The translations under genes and the position numbers were made by a program. A stretch of 62,982 nucleotides of DNA, counting the filler, from Octopus bimaculoides (taxonomy: Eukaryota), in NCBI RefSeq assembly GCF_001194135.2. It is 4 parts of 4 records of this genome, joined end to end, with 100 filler letters (N's around TTAATTAATTAA, not from the genome) between each part and the next. Parts side by side here need not be neighbours in the genome. Positions count along the whole stretch, not along the records: positions 48,861 to 57,950 come from NC_068986.1; positions 58,051 to 62,982 come from NC_068982.1; 2 more parts are not named here. One strand, written 5' to 3'. Below the pieces are notes generated by a model. That model did no database searches. It saw nothing but the letters and a program-made list of their open reading frames with translations, and was not told the DNA's origin. Below are positions 49,683 to 62,982 of this stretch, piece after piece. Position 1 is the stretch's first letter; each line of letters starts with the position of its first letter.

Positions 49683-51449
49683 GTGTTTACACTCATATTG
49701 ATATTCTGTTATAGATTCGTATATAAGAAAATGAAATACCTCTTGCAAAAAACCCCCCAAAAAACTGAATTTGACGTCCGAAAGATACTGTCATCACTCT
49801 TTCCAAGCGTTGGTAGTATCTTAGTGTAGTATAAACTATAATAGCTTCGTGTCTTTCTTCCTACATGCTTCAGAAAGGAATGCAGATACACACATATGCA
49901 CGAACACATGTATACAAACATGTGTGCATCTATCTTTCTGTCTATGTATCTAGCAATCTATCTATCTCTATATAAAACCCAAAATATAATATAATATAAC
50001 ATAATATATATATATATATATNNNNNNNNNNACATGCATATATATATATTATATATATTTGTATTATATATACATATATACAATATATATATTCATATTA
50101 TATATTTTTATTGTATATTTACATATATATATATATATATATATTTCTACTATATATATATATATATATATTATAATATATACATGTAATATATAAATAT
50201 CATGTATTATACTATGTATATATGTTGTAGATATATATTATGTATACATACACAAATACACAGATTCATATATTGTAAATAAAAATAGAAGATTGGATGG
50301 ACTTTAGGAAAAAAGTAAGTATGTTGCGTTAAATCTAAACAAATATAACTAACATGGACGCATTGGTATGCTTTTGGTTCTTGTTTTTCATATTTATCAT
50401 CGATACATAATTCATTTTATAAAAGCATTTTAGCAACATTTCCTCACAATTTGCTTTTTAGGACCTCTTTTCCTAACATTACTTCTAAAATGACTGATAT
50501 GTTTTTAAAAATTTTTTTTGTTTTTATTATTGTTGTAAGGCTGACAGACCACGCAACAGTTTTATTACTAGTAACTTTTTTCTAACTAAATGGAAGAAGT
50601 AAAAAAATATATACAATATATACCTAACTCTAATGTAAAAGAAGCCAAGTCTATGTGCTGGAAAGAAAGTTTGGAACTGTACACTGTCTTACAAATACAT
50701 TTATATTTGCACTAAATATTTCTAGGCATAAAATTATATAGGATAAAGATAAAAGTCAATATATGGGGACGTATATGGAATCAAGCTTGGCATGTTATTA
50801 AGGAGTTCGATTTGCGTTCATGAGGTGCTAAGGTTGATCAAAATGTATAGATTGAATGTGAAGAGTTACATTGTTTCTTTTTTTTTTTACAATACAAAGA
50901 CCGATCGAAGCTGTGTGTATTAAACATGGTTACGGTGAGCATGTGGCGGTCGACAGAACGTACAGTACGTATAATAGAGAAGGCCCACTTTGTTACGCTT
51001 TGGGGGACACAAATTCTACATGGGAATTGAGTGTAGAGAACGAGGTGCCGTGGAATGCTCAGCCACATCGATTATAATGTAATGGCTTTGTAGTTCAGTA
51101 ACCGAACAGTTGGTTTACTTCGTAGGAAAAGCGAGAGGCATTCAATTTACATTTATGTCAAGGCAAGCGACTGACTGAAATTTCTTGCTGGGTGACATCA
51201 TGACATACTGCGCATCTTGGATTTTAGTAAATCCTTCTCTAATATGTTGTTACTATCGATTTCTTCCAGAATAGCGAACAGTAAAGAAAGACAAGTATCG
51301 ACCAAGTACAGAACTGGTATTTATTTATCGACATCAAAAGTATGAATGCTAAAGTTGACTTCTGTGGGATCTCATATGAACTCGTATAATTTTCCAATGA
51401 TGACCAATAGCTCATCGTAATAGGCTTCTTCCGATTTCGAGGAGTCATA

Positions 51450-51727
51450 GTCCTGGTATAAACTTTCTTCGTATTATTTCTATCATTTGAGAATATTTCG
51501 TAGCTCAGCTAGCACTTTAGCCTCTGAATCTTTGATGTTTCCCTGCTTTGGTTGGAATCTTTTCTTTGAGGGCTTCGATAAAATTGTATGCCTTTCTTGT
51601 GTTATTATAGTTTAATTGGTTTTGAAAATCATCAGCATTATCTTCGAAATATCTGCGTTTGTCTCTTCTCATCTTTCTCTCTGCTGTTCTTTGATCTCTT
51701 GTTATCAACCTCTCTATCCTCTACGTC
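51450..51727 (-). mobile_element. RTE-clade LINE ORF fragment (endonuclease-RT linker)
   Basis: RKMRRDKRRYFEDNADDFQNQLNYNNTRKAYNFIEALK. Confidence 0.65.
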
Positions 51728-53768
51728 AAATCGTTTCGATTTGAAAATATACTACAGTCAAATACACAACAATTAAGCTATTTATCATTCGATAAAGCTT
51801 ATATATGTGTATGTGGTTATGTGTGTGCAATTATGTGTGTGTGTGTACGTGTGTGTGTATGTGTGTGTGTGTACGTATGACTGTCAAGACAATGATTATA
51901 ACAGTCAATCATTTCTACATATAAAGCTATTCCAATCCCACCATTACGTTTCTCACACATTTTAGGCACCGGAGTTTCTGATAGACGTTTAACGGAAAGA
52001 ACACTTAACATAATTAATGAGAAAACAATCAATTAAAATTATTATTTTTCTTTTTCGAACCAAAGGTACTACTTTAACCTGCAGCCATGAAATATGTCTT
52101 GGACATATCAATAAGACAGGATTTAGAGTATAACTAAAATTCGTGAGTGATGTACCTACAACAAACACATTGCGTCATATTTTGAATAATACTTTCTATT
52201 TAATCATTATTCAACACTTATCATGCAATCATTTTGCTTTATACTCTTATTTCCATACCTCTTACCATTATCGAAATCATGTTATTGATTTCCGATCGCT
52301 ACGGCAAATGTTTCTCCATTTCGAAATTATCGAAATTGTCTCATGTAAAATCCCTCCACGTAACAATATTTTGTAGAGTATTGTTTTACCTCTTTAAAAT
52401 TGAGTATTAAATATTCTAGCCTATAATTCATACTTAATAACATTATTCTCAAATTATCTTGCGTCTCACGTATTGGTCTTAAATAATTATGCGCACCTGT
52501 AAAATTTGTGCATTTGTATAGTTACATGGAAATAACTGATATGTTTACGACCACTAATACGATTAAATGCATAATGAATATTTAACATAATCTACCTTAT
52601 TGTTTGGAGATAAGATAATTTAAACCAATAAAGATTCGATGCACTTTTACTCATGTGCAGAAAAAGAAGTAGTGAAAAAGTATGTTAGCATATATATATT
52701 AAAAAACGTATCAACGAGTGGTACACAAACCCACACTACAAAAATATTTTACATTGAGATATCTCACACGTTCAGCTGTATTCTTACCGAACTGGGTGCG
52801 ACTGGTTTAGTGTTTGCAGCTGACCAAGCGGAAAGACGCAGAAATGCATGCGACCTAAGGTCGAATGACCTCATTCACTGCCTAAAACAAAATGTGTATT
52901 TACATAGGTCTAAATGGAGAATAGTTTTGCTGCGTTACAATCGAATGTGGCAAAATTATTTTTTCATTGCCCCCATTTTTGGCAATTTCGTCTTTTTGAA
53001 CTTTTCCAACTTTTTTCACCTCCGCAATAGGTATAGCAATATTTTCCGCTTTTATCTACCACAACAATGTGTGGTCTTTGACCATTGATTAGGGAATCGC
53101 ATTGGAATGTAAAATCCCACAGGGTCTTATATTCATTGTTATCCGTAAAACTCTCTGGTTTATGTTCGTACCATTTCCGTGCTGTGTCCAGACTCTACTT
53201 CTCACATAAATCTCCACTGAACAAACGTAGCCACGTTATCGTGTCTCCACTTGTAGGATTTGGGCCAGTTTCCTACACTCACTCACAACATGTGAAACTA
53301 TTTCGAATTTGCTGCCGTACATCCTACAAAGGCACGATTCACTGCTCATATCTACTTGGTACTTGGTGTAATTAGTTCTCAGGCCTTCTTCCTGTGTATC
53401 ACTACCCCAGTAATCCTTTCAGATAACTTTCTCAAAACGACCTTCAGGTGTTGGTCTTGTCTTTTCCCTTTAAATTAATTATGTATTTGAAGTAGTTATA
53501 TAACACGTTTTTTTATGCCATTTCAACAGCAGTGGAGAATAATTAAACTATCAACTATGTGTGACGTCTACACATCATTAATTCATAGCTAAACATACAG
53601 GAGTTAAACATATCGTAATATCGCAAGAAAAACTGAGTTCAGATGACCGCTCACACAAATACATGCAATGCGAGCTACCTACCAATTATGTATATCTATC
53701 TACCTATCTATCTGTCTATCTGTCTGTCTGTCTGTCTGTCTGTCTGTTTATCCGTCTGTCTGCCTGTT

Positions 53769-53802
<34 letters not shown>

Positions 53803-53821
53803 CATACATTATATATGTATG

Positions 53822-53858
<37 letters not shown>

Positions 53859-55071
53859 NNNNNNNNNNNNNNNNNNNNNNNNNNNNNNNNNNNNNNNNNN
53901 NNNNNNNNNNNNNNNNNNNNNNNNNNNNNNNNNNNNNNNNNNNNNNNNNNNNNNNNNNNNNNNNNNNNNNNNNNNNNNNNNNNNNNNNNNNNNNNNNNNN
54001 NNNNNNNNNNNNNNNNNNNNNNNNNNNNNNNNNNNNNNNNNNNNNNNNNNNNNNNNNNNNNNNNNNNNNNNNNNNNNNNNNNNNNNNNNNNNNNNNNNNN
54101 NNNNNNNNNNNNNNNNNNNNNNNNNNNNNNNNNNNNNNNNNNNNNNNNNNNNNNNNNNNNNNNNNNNNNNNNNNNNNNNNNNNNNNNNNNNNNNNNNNNN
54201 NNNNNNNNNNNNNNNNNNNNNNNNNNNNNNNNNNNNNNNNNNNNNNNNNNNNNNNNNNNNNNNNNNNNNNNNNNNNNNNNNNNNNNNNNNNNNNNNNNNN
54301 NNNNNNNNNNNNNNNNNNNNNNNNNNNNNNNNNNNNNNNNNNNNNNNNNNNNNNNNNNNNNNNNNNNNNNNNNNNNNNNNNNNNNNNNNNNNNNNNNNNN
54401 NNNNNNNNNNNNNNNNNNNNNNNNNNNNNNNNNNNNNNNNNNNNNNNNNNNNNNNNNNNNNNNNNNNNNNNNNNNNNNNNNNNNNNNNNNNNNNNNNNNN
54501 NNNNNNNNNNNNNNNNNNNNNNNNNNNNNNNNNNNNNNNNNNNNNNNNNNNNNNNNNNCCATGCAATTCATTTTAAGATAGATACGCAAGTAAAATTACT
54601 AATAGAGAACCGAAAATAAACTATGGAAACAGCAACGCCACCATAGGTTAAGTGGAAACGATGAACGTGTTTTCAAGGGAGATAATCAAAGAACGTAACA
54701 TTGTAATACTTCATGTAAAGTAAATATAACAAATGTAAAATCCTTCAAGAATCCATTAAAATTCACGGATCATTACCAAAATTTCATCCTCTGTTCCTTG
54801 TGTCATTACCAACTTTTTCTCCAATTTCATCAAATACTGTTCACATCTCTTTGAGTTATTTTACACACAGACAAACAAACCAACGCCGATGAAAACACAA
54901 CCTCCTTCCTTGACGGAGGAGTAACATTACATATACGTAATGTGTTCCAAAATTTGACAACAAAACCAACATCTTAGCAAAAACGCAAAACTACGTCAAA
55001 GTAAACATAGAAAACTTATTCACTTACAACTACTCATAAAATATTAACTTACGAATAAACTCAACGAACTA

Positions 55072-55501
55072 CAGTAATCACTTGACATATCACGGTTCAC
55101 CTATTACACCATCATCACGGATTTTCTGGCTAATATATGTAAATTCATATTGCGGGTTTCTGTGGTTGATGGTATTTATGACTTTAGAATTGAATTACTT
55201 CTGTGGTAAAATAAGCATTTTCGCGCCTAAAAATTAATATAGTAATAAATAAAAATAGAGTGCAGTACTGAACTGTTAAACATTAATTAAAATATATTTA
55301 AAGAAAATACGTAGTGTATCATAAATGAGTAAACAAAAGAGTTGCACATAATATATGCGAGTGTATGCTGTTGTTTTGTATTTATAATATAAATATATTC
55401 AAATTATAAAAATAATAAAAAGATATATTTCTACTTCGCGGATTTTCACCTATCGCGGATATTTTTGGAACATAACACCCGCGATAGTCAAGGGATCATT
55501 G
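55072..55501. mobile_element. pogo/Tigger-like non-autonomous element
   Basis: Imperfect TIRs CAGTAATCACTTGACATATCACGG and CCGCGATAGTCAAGGGATCATTG, TA on both sides. Confidence 0.65.
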
Positions 55502-56983
55502 TACATTCGTCGTGTATCAATACTGATACGGAGAGTCTAAGAAGTGTATTAGCACGTATAATCTGGCTCATCGAAATAATAAATACATATACGAAGGCAC
55601 CGTCTTACATAACCGCAAACGCACATAGGTACGCGCGAACATAGACACAAACAGAATTACATATGCATACAGAGTGCCCAGTTACATAACTTACAAACAA
55701 AACTAAACTACAAACGTACAATTACACATAGAAACTCAGGAATATAATTACAATGATTCATGAAGCAACGTTAGATTAATCAACATGGCCGCTGAAACAA
55801 TACACACAGTGAAAGGCTACAAAGACTGAATGTAAGAACGACATAACTCATGAGGTCAAAGGAGTCAAACTTTCAAAGGTTCGGTCAGGTGAGGTGAAAG
55901 GTCAACGGAAGTCAAGATTTCACTAGCTTGATTTGTCATTTAGAGAAAACAAATATTAAAGTTTTGACCTCATCTATTCCCTTTCAATGCTGTCTATTCG
56001 AACAGTTTCAAACACCTACATTACTTTAATATATTCAATGCAACCATAGTGTAGGTGTGTGAGTATATATGTATGTATATATATATATATATATATNNNN
56101 NNNNNNNNNNNNNNNNNNNNNNNNNNNNNNNNNNNNNNNNNNNNNNNNNNNNNNNNNNNNNNNNNNNNNNNNNNNNNNNNNNNNNNNNNNNNNNNNNNNN
56201 NNNNNNNNNNNNNNNNNNNNNNNNNNNNNNNNNNNNNNNNNNNNNNNNNNNNNNNNNNNNNNNNNNNNNNNNNNNNNNNNNNNNNNNNNNNNNNNNNNNN
56301 NNNNNNNNNNNNNNNNNNNNNNNNNNNNNNNNNNNNNNNNNNNNNNNNNNNNNNNNNNNNNNNNNNNNNNNNNNNNNNNNNNNNNNNNNNNNNNNNNNNN
56401 NNNNNNNNNNNNNNNNNNNNNNNNNNNNNNNNNNNNNNNNNNNNNNNNNNNNNNNNNNNNNNNNNNNNNNNNNNNNNNNNNNNNNNNNNNNNNNNNNNNN
56501 NNNNNNNNNNNNNNNNNNNNNNNNNNNNNNNNNNNNNNNNNNNNNNNNNNNNNNNNNNNNNNNNNNNNNNNNNNNNNNNNNNNNNNNNNNNNNNNNNNNN
56601 NNNNNNNNNNNNNNNNNNNNNNNNNNNNNNNNNNNNNNNNNNNNNNNNNNNNNNNNNNNNNNNNNNNNNNNNNNNNNNNNNNNNNNNNNNNNNNNNNNNN
56701 NNNNNNNNNNNNNNNNNNNNNNNNNNNNNNNNNNNNNNNNNNNNNNNNNNNNNNNNNNNNNNNNNNNNNNNNNNNNNNNNNNNNNNNNNNNNNNNNNNNN
56801 NNNNNNNNNNNNNNNNNNNNNNNNNNNNNNNNNNNNNNNNNNNNNNNNNNNNNNNNNNNNNNNNNNNNNNNNNNNNNNNNNNNNNNNNNNNNNNNNNNNN
56901 NNNNNNNNNNNNNNNNNNNNNNNNNNNNNNNNNNNNNNNNNNNNNNNNNNNNNNNNNNNNNNNNNNNNNNNNNNNNNNNNNNN

Positions 56984-57441
56984 TAATTTAACTACGGCCA
57001 TACTGGAGCACCACCTTTAGTCGAACAAATTGACCCCAGGACATATTCATTGTAAGCCTAGTACTTATTCTATCGGTTCATTTTGCCGAACCGCTAGGTT
57101 ACGGGGACCTAAACACACCAACATCGGATGTCAAGCGATGTTGAGGGGAGGCAGACACAAACTCAAAAATACACTCCACACAAACACACACATACATCTC
57201 TTCTACTTCATTTTAGTCTTTTAATTGTTGCAGTAATTTAACTACGGCCATACTGGAGCACCACCTTTAGTCGAACAAATTGACCCCAGGACATATTCAT
57301 TGTAAGCCTAGTACTTATTCTATCGGTTCATTTTGCCGAACCGCTAGGTTACGGGGACCTAAACACACCAACATCGGATGTCAAGCGATGTTGAGGGGAG
57401 GCAGACACAAACTCAAAAATACACTCCACACAAACACACAC
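56984..57441 (-). repeat. Two identical ~208-bp SINE-tail segments, period 250
   Basis: 56984-57191 equals 57234-57441; the first copy starts at a gap edge. Confidence 0.85.
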
Positions 57442-57950
57442 ACAAACACACACATATATATACCACGGGCTTCTTTGAGTTTCCGTCTACGAAATTCACT
57501 CACAAAGCTTTGGCCGGCCCGAGGATATAGTAGAAGACACTTGCCCACGATGTCACGCAGTGAGACTGATCACAAAACCATGTGGTTGGAGATCAAGGTT
57601 TCTATCACATAGCTGCTCCTGCGCCGATATGTATGTCATCAATCAGTTTCATTTCTGTATTTCTTGTCCATAGAAAAAGAGCCGGACTCTAACATAGATT
57701 CAAGGCTCCTTCATTGGAACTTTTATCAACATCATCTAGGTATTTGTGCATATGTGTGTGTGTGCAGTATTTGGTGTTAGTGTATGCGCAGATTTGTATG
57801 TTTGTTTTATGGATGCGTTTTTATGTCTAGATGCATGCATATGTATTTATGTGCTAAATTTTTGGAAAGTTTTACTTATCTTTACAGTTCCATTGATGGC
57901 TTGAATCTGTAGTCTTCTAATCAGCCTTTTTCTTTCAGGTCTTGAGAACC

Positions 57951-58050
57951 NNNNNNNNNNNNNNNNNNNNNNNNNNNNNNNNNNNNNNNNNNNNTTAATT
58001 AATTAANNNNNNNNNNNNNNNNNNNNNNNNNNNNNNNNNNNNNNNNNNNN
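57951..58050. other. Artificial scaffold-joining spacer
   Basis: 44N-TTAATTAATTAA-44N. Confidence 0.95.
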
Positions 58051-58410
58051 CATGGAAAGCGGACGTTAAACGATGATGATGATGATGATGATGAAGTAAA
58101 CTGATAGGTCAGTTTGCATATATAAAACATTCTTGATAGCGAGTTCAATTACTAGAACATCTATAGTGTTTTGTTTCAATGCCATACACAGTACATCAAG
58201 TTTACTTACAAACTCATTATTACTAAGGGCTTATCTCTGGATAGTTAAAGAGGTTACACAGTTGCTCATGAAATATCAACATAGCAGCACTGATATACAC
58301 CTGTCTATAGATATATTGTGAAGTGCAGTAGGGTATAACATCTTAATGCACCAGCCTAGAAATACATATATTTTTTTACAGATGACATCTATAATTACGT
58401 TATCTATAAT

Positions 58411-58707
58411 TTAGAAAGGTTGTAGAGTTGCCATAATACCTTGGAGGGACCAATGAATTGGTGATGTGTTTTCTTTATAAATGTCAACCTCTAGTACTGA
58501 TTTATTGTCATTGGAGCGCGATCCATAGACAGGACATGGGTAGATGTTCTCCTTCACATTCAGACTGTAATATACATGAACTATTGGTAATTGAGTTGGT
58601 GATCCTTTTGTAACTGTATCTAACACCTGTCCAGAAGTTCTGTCCCAAAAGAAATCCCATGCGTAGATTCCATAAATGAAAACTCCTTCAGCTGGTGGCT
58701 CTCGTAT
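58411..58707 (-). CDS. Terminal coding exon of a divergent dynein heavy chain (C-terminal domain)
   Basis: Acceptor TTTAAAG| then 98 codons plus TAA: IREPPAEGVFIYGIYAWDFFWDRTSGQVLD...LPIVHV...YPCPVY...VLEVDI...PIHWSLQGIMATLQPF*. This follows the axonemal DHC C-terminal pattern PPxEGVyvyGlyleGa.W...lPvihi...Y.CPvY...vdl...p.hW.lrGval. Confidence 0.88.
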   Translation of the reverse strand: MREPPAEGVFIYGIYAWDFFWDRTSGQVLDTVTKGSPTQLPIVHVYYSLNVKENIYPCPVYGSRSNDNKSVLEVDIYKENTSPIHWSLQGIMATLQPF

Positions 58708-60702
58708 CTTTAAATATAAAACAAGATCATGTGATTAACGGAATACACACACAAAACAAAAACAAAGAAATGATGGGTAATGAAACACGCTCACCAAATC
58801 ATCAGATCTATGACTATCATCATTCTAACATCCATTATTTCAAATTCGTATGAATTGGATGGTTGTAATACAGAAAAAAACTTTTGTCTTAATCCTGCAT
58901 CATCTCATCCATGAGCTTCAACAATTTGAAATAACACCTCCCTTGGCCTTTCTATACCACAGCACACATCACTTTTTTTTATTTTTTATCTCACATGTTA
59001 CTACTGTGATGTTCATACCTTTCCTAAGGCCATCTGCAGAACCAAAGTGAACAATTTCAAAAAGTGATTGAAAGCATGCTGTAGTCTTGACCAGTTGGGA
59101 ACTTTGACATAACAACAAAGTATGGCCTAGAGAGTATAATAATAAAATGTCTCCAAGAAATGACTCTAAATTATAAATATCTCAGGTGTTTCAAATTGGG
59201 CATCATATTTATGTAGACACACCTGTCTGAAAGGCACAGGTGTGACTGTGTGGTAAGAAGCTTGCTTTCCAACCACATGGTTCCAGGTTCAATCCCACTG
59301 TGTGGCACCTTGGGCAAGTGTCTTCTATAGCTTTGGGCCAACCAAAGCCTTGTGAGTGGATTTGGTAGATGGAAACTGAAAGAAGCCCATCGGATATATG
59401 TATATATATGTTTGTGTGTGTCTTGGTGTTTGTGTCCCTCCCAAAATCACTTTGACAGCCAGTGTTGGTGTGTTTATGTCCCTGTAACTTTAGTTCTTCA
59501 GTAGAGACTGATAGGATAAGTACTAGGCTTAAAAAAAATAAGTCTTGTGGGTCGATTTCAAAGCAGTGCTCCAGCATGGCCACAGTCAAATGACTGAAAT
59601 AAATAAAAGAAAAGAATATTTATATAGTCCAGGGCACACTATATCTGAAAATATTCTTTCTTCAAGCAGTTTTGCATCTCATAGAAAAAGAGAGAAATCC
59701 TTTATTGATAACAAAACTAACAACTCCCTGGTATTCTTTAATTTCCTCTCTGTTTCAGCTGCTATACTATTGCTACAGCTATCCCTAACAATAACTTGAT
59801 AACCTAAGTAACAGAAATACAGTTGTGTTTAATTAGTTTTCATTTAACATCAACTTTATATAGACAGTCAAGCAAATTTATCCATCAAAATTCTGAGTTG
59901 AAATGCTACAGCTACAATTTTAGAGTTCAATTTTACTTTTCTTCCTCTAGAAATGGTAAAATATTTACTGGGGACAATTTAATCATTGCTACTCCCCCCA
60001 CCTTTGTATGTGTTCCTGTGCCAATGTACTATTGTGTTAATATGGAAATATAGTTACTTGGATTTTCATTTTGATAATATATTAGAACAGTAGAATGTTA
60101 GTTCTTCTGCATTCATGTCTCTTTGCTATTGACTCAAGATTGAAGATTGTGGTATTGAATCCAGGGCAGTGTGTTGAGTTCTTGAATGAAACACTTCATT
60201 TCACATTGCTCCAGTTCACTCAGCAGTAAATGAGTAACCCTGTGACAGACTGGCATCCTGTTCAGAAGGAATGTTGTGATCTTGGTCACTAATATGTCAT
60301 GGAAACCGAGTAGCCAACCCTACAAGTCCTAGAACCTGAGGCAGTAATGTCCAGGGGTTGTTGATGATGATGATGATGATACACCCTTCTATAAAAACCA
60401 CAGTGGCTACATTTCTTGTGGTAGTGAGATCTCTTGGATACCTTGCTCATTCGTTTCTCTTCCTCTTGTACTGTACTCTACCATAACCGCCACCAAACCT
60501 ATCATTAACTATTTTTCCAGCTCATTTCCAGAATGTCAATCCTCAAGAAATTCTCTTTCTTTGCTTGTGTTTTTCTTGCAACCATAACTTATATCCAACA
60601 GAACATCAACAATCTCAGAGGGTCTATGAAGGCTATGGACATAATCCCTTTAAGGCCTAACTATAAAAGAGAAAGAAAGTAAAAAAAAAAATCAATAAAT
60701 AC

Positions 60703-60864
60703 ATGATCTTTATCTCTTCCTGTGATCACTGTATGAACTGTTATTGTTTCATAATCCTTATTTTCAATTGACATTTTGCAGATAAACTCTCTCCTGAAGA
60801 TGGATAAAAACATTTTTGGTCTGAAGAAAGCACCTAGCCAATAGGAAGGCATTTTCTCTCGGCC
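60703..60864 (-). CDS. Penultimate coding exon of the same dynein heavy chain
   Basis: Acceptor TTTTGCAG| and donor |GTATTT; 162 nt, phase 0-0, GREKMPSYWLGAFFRPKMFLSIFRREF...TVITGRDKDH. It splices in frame to IREPPAEG across a 1995-nt intron (58708-60702). The WLxxFFxPxxFL motif is typical of the DHC C-terminal domain. Confidence 0.85.
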
Positions 60865-62612
60865 CTGCAAAAGAATATTAAGAAAAAAATTCTAACATAA
60901 CCAAATGATAGTGACAATCTTTGCAAATAATTTCTATTGCTATCATCTATAAATCAAACATTGATTAACCAATGATTATTTGCAGTAAATTCTTTGGATA
61001 CATTTTTGTTTAATTAGTTGATTCATAGCAAAGTCATGTTTACCTTTTAAAATATACACAAAGTTTTATTCATTTCTGTTTTATTAGTTTTGTCCTGGTG
61101 GCATATAAAAGGCACCTGTGCTGGTGACATGTTAAGGGCATCTGTGCTGGTGACATATAAAAGGCACACAGTACACTCTGTGGAGTGGTTGGTGTTACGA
61201 AGGGCATCCAGTTGTAGAAGCCAAGCCACAACAGACAGAAGCCTGGTGCAGCTCTCTGGTTTATAAGTTCCAATCAAACTGTCTAACCCATATCAGTATA
61301 GAAAACAGATGCTAAATGATGATGAAGAGAACAACAGAAATGGTTGGGTATCAGTTACTTGGTAATATTAAGTTATACCTTTTTAAATTTTGAGTTCTTA
61401 CTTAAGTCAGTTTTACTTTCATTTCAGAGTTAATAAAATTAAAACTAGTTATGTCACAGCATCAGTTCAATCAACTATATTCCTCCAGAAGACATTTTCG
61501 GTCTTGTATCATTGTAAAAAACTATTTATCTTTTAGGTGGCAATGTTCTTTTGTCATATATCATCATCGTTTAACGTCCATCTTCCAATACACACACACA
61601 CACGTCATTCATAAGCAAGCATGACTTGGTAATGTGCGCCATATTGAAGAGGTTATGGTTTCACTGATTGGATCCATTAAGCTGTAAAATAGATTCTATG
61701 TGGAAGTACAGTGAACCACTACAAGCACTCGACCTAAAGAAATTCAAGGACTTGAATAAGTCAAAGGCACAGTTCATACTTCTGTGACTAAATGGAACAA
61801 TGTGTATGGTATGGGTGAGCAAATATGAACATTTGTGCATTGTTGGCTGAATAATGCAGTTTGCATACTATTAACTAGCCAAGTGTGAAGACGATGCAGG
61901 ACCAATACAGCTGTAATACACTTTACTTTGGTCTTACAGACATGTATTTTACATAGAGATACAGCAGCATGTCTGTAGTAAGATATGAACTCAGGCTTGC
62001 ATGGTCAGTAACCTAGCTACTCAACTTCACAGCTATAGGGCCAATGTTTTGTTTTGGCTATCATAGCTAAAGGCATACTGCAGTACCACATTGTGTGGAA
62101 GAACAACTACATATATGACTAGACAAGCACAATTGTAATTTCTGACATTAGTTTAATGCCACCCACTGATACTTGGGCACCCGAAGCAAAGTCCACTCTG
62201 TTGCAACAAGCATTCGGTCCATATCCTTTGAGTGAGGGTAATTTACACTGTTCCTATCACCAAACATGGAAGCTGTGGGAGATACTCTTCTCCCCTTGCT
62301 AAGCCATTATAAAAAAAAAGCCCCTTTCAGCTTGACTAGTTGTAAAGATCTTAACCTTTAAACAGTAGACATCATCAAAAGAAAGTGAATATTTTATGGC
62401 CCTTTTTGCTAATGAGATTGTAAATTTCATTGTGCAAGAGACTGATAATTATTATAGCTATTGTACTTATTTCAAGTGAAAATAAATATAAAAATTATCC
62501 TTTAGAAAAGTGATATCTTTTGTTTGTTTGTCCATTTGGCACACACATTCATGTAACCTTTTCCTGCTGTTTTCAGGGTTAAACATTAAATCCTTTAAAG
62601 GCTCAGTCCTGA

Positions 62613-62982
62613 ATCACTGCAGAGATGCTCAAAATATCTGGCAGTGTTGGCTATAGCCTAGTCACCCGTATTACGAACCAGGTGATACACGAAGGAGTCA
62701 TACCCAATGACTGGTGTAGCAGCATCATAGTCAACTGCTACAAAGGTAAAGGTGACGCTTTAGATAAAAATAATTACAGAGGCATCAAGCTGTTAGATCA
62801 GGTTATGAAAGTTACAGAGAGGGTCATAGCCCAACTAATTAGGGAGCGAATCAATTTAGATGAGATGCAGTTTGGGTTCGTGCCAGGTAAAAGCACTACT
62901 GATGCCTTATTTCTAGTAAGACAGCTGCAGGAGAAATACCTAGCCAAGGATAAACCTCTGTACCTGGCTTTCGTTGACATGG
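62613..62982 (+). mobile_element. RTE-clade LINE reverse transcriptase fragment, open to the window end
   Basis: ITAEMLK...IPNDWCSSIIVNCYKGKGDALDKNNYRGIKLLDQVMKVTERV...MQFGFVPGKSTTDALFLVRQLQEKYLAKDKPLYLAFVDM; no stops. Confidence 0.93.

Noticed and set aside
56984-57441. Recent tandem duplication
   Set aside because: Identical copies starting at a gap edge cannot be told apart from an assembly artefact.
60534-60682. Short plus-strand ORF with a signal-peptide-like start inside the dynein intron
   Set aside because: Under 50 codons and expected by chance in T-rich sequence.

Overview
AT-rich, microsatellite-dense animal genomic DNA, most consistent with an octopus-type cephalopod draft assembly (inferred from the SINE families and TTAGGG repeats; not database-verified). 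Three artificial 100-nt spacers (44N-TTAATTAATTAA-44N) split the window into four separately assembled pieces: 1-21651, 21752-48760, 48861-57950 and 58051-62982. The only well-supported host gene is the 3' end of a divergent dynein heavy chain (two minus-strand GT-AG exons, 60703-60864 and 58411-58707). The rest is mostly mobile DNA: tRNA-derived SINEs (several with 17-bp TSDs), RTE LINE fragments, at least three Penelope-like (GIY-YIG) remnants with inverted or tandem termini and hammerhead-like cores, a REL-endonuclease retroelement fragment in (AAT)n, a mariner nested in a maT/DD37D-like element, a pogo-like MITE, and a 156-bp MITE with an 8-bp TSD. Two interstitial telomere-like arrays carry a recurring TTAGAAG 7-mer; one has a CCCTAA-to-TTAGGG junction, and both end directly on 5'-truncated TEs. 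There are no prokaryotic features and no CRISPR array. Most of the ORF track is microsatellite or N-gap noise. I found no clearly new biological system; the best leads are the telomere-like arrays and the hammerhead core held in a perfect hairpin.
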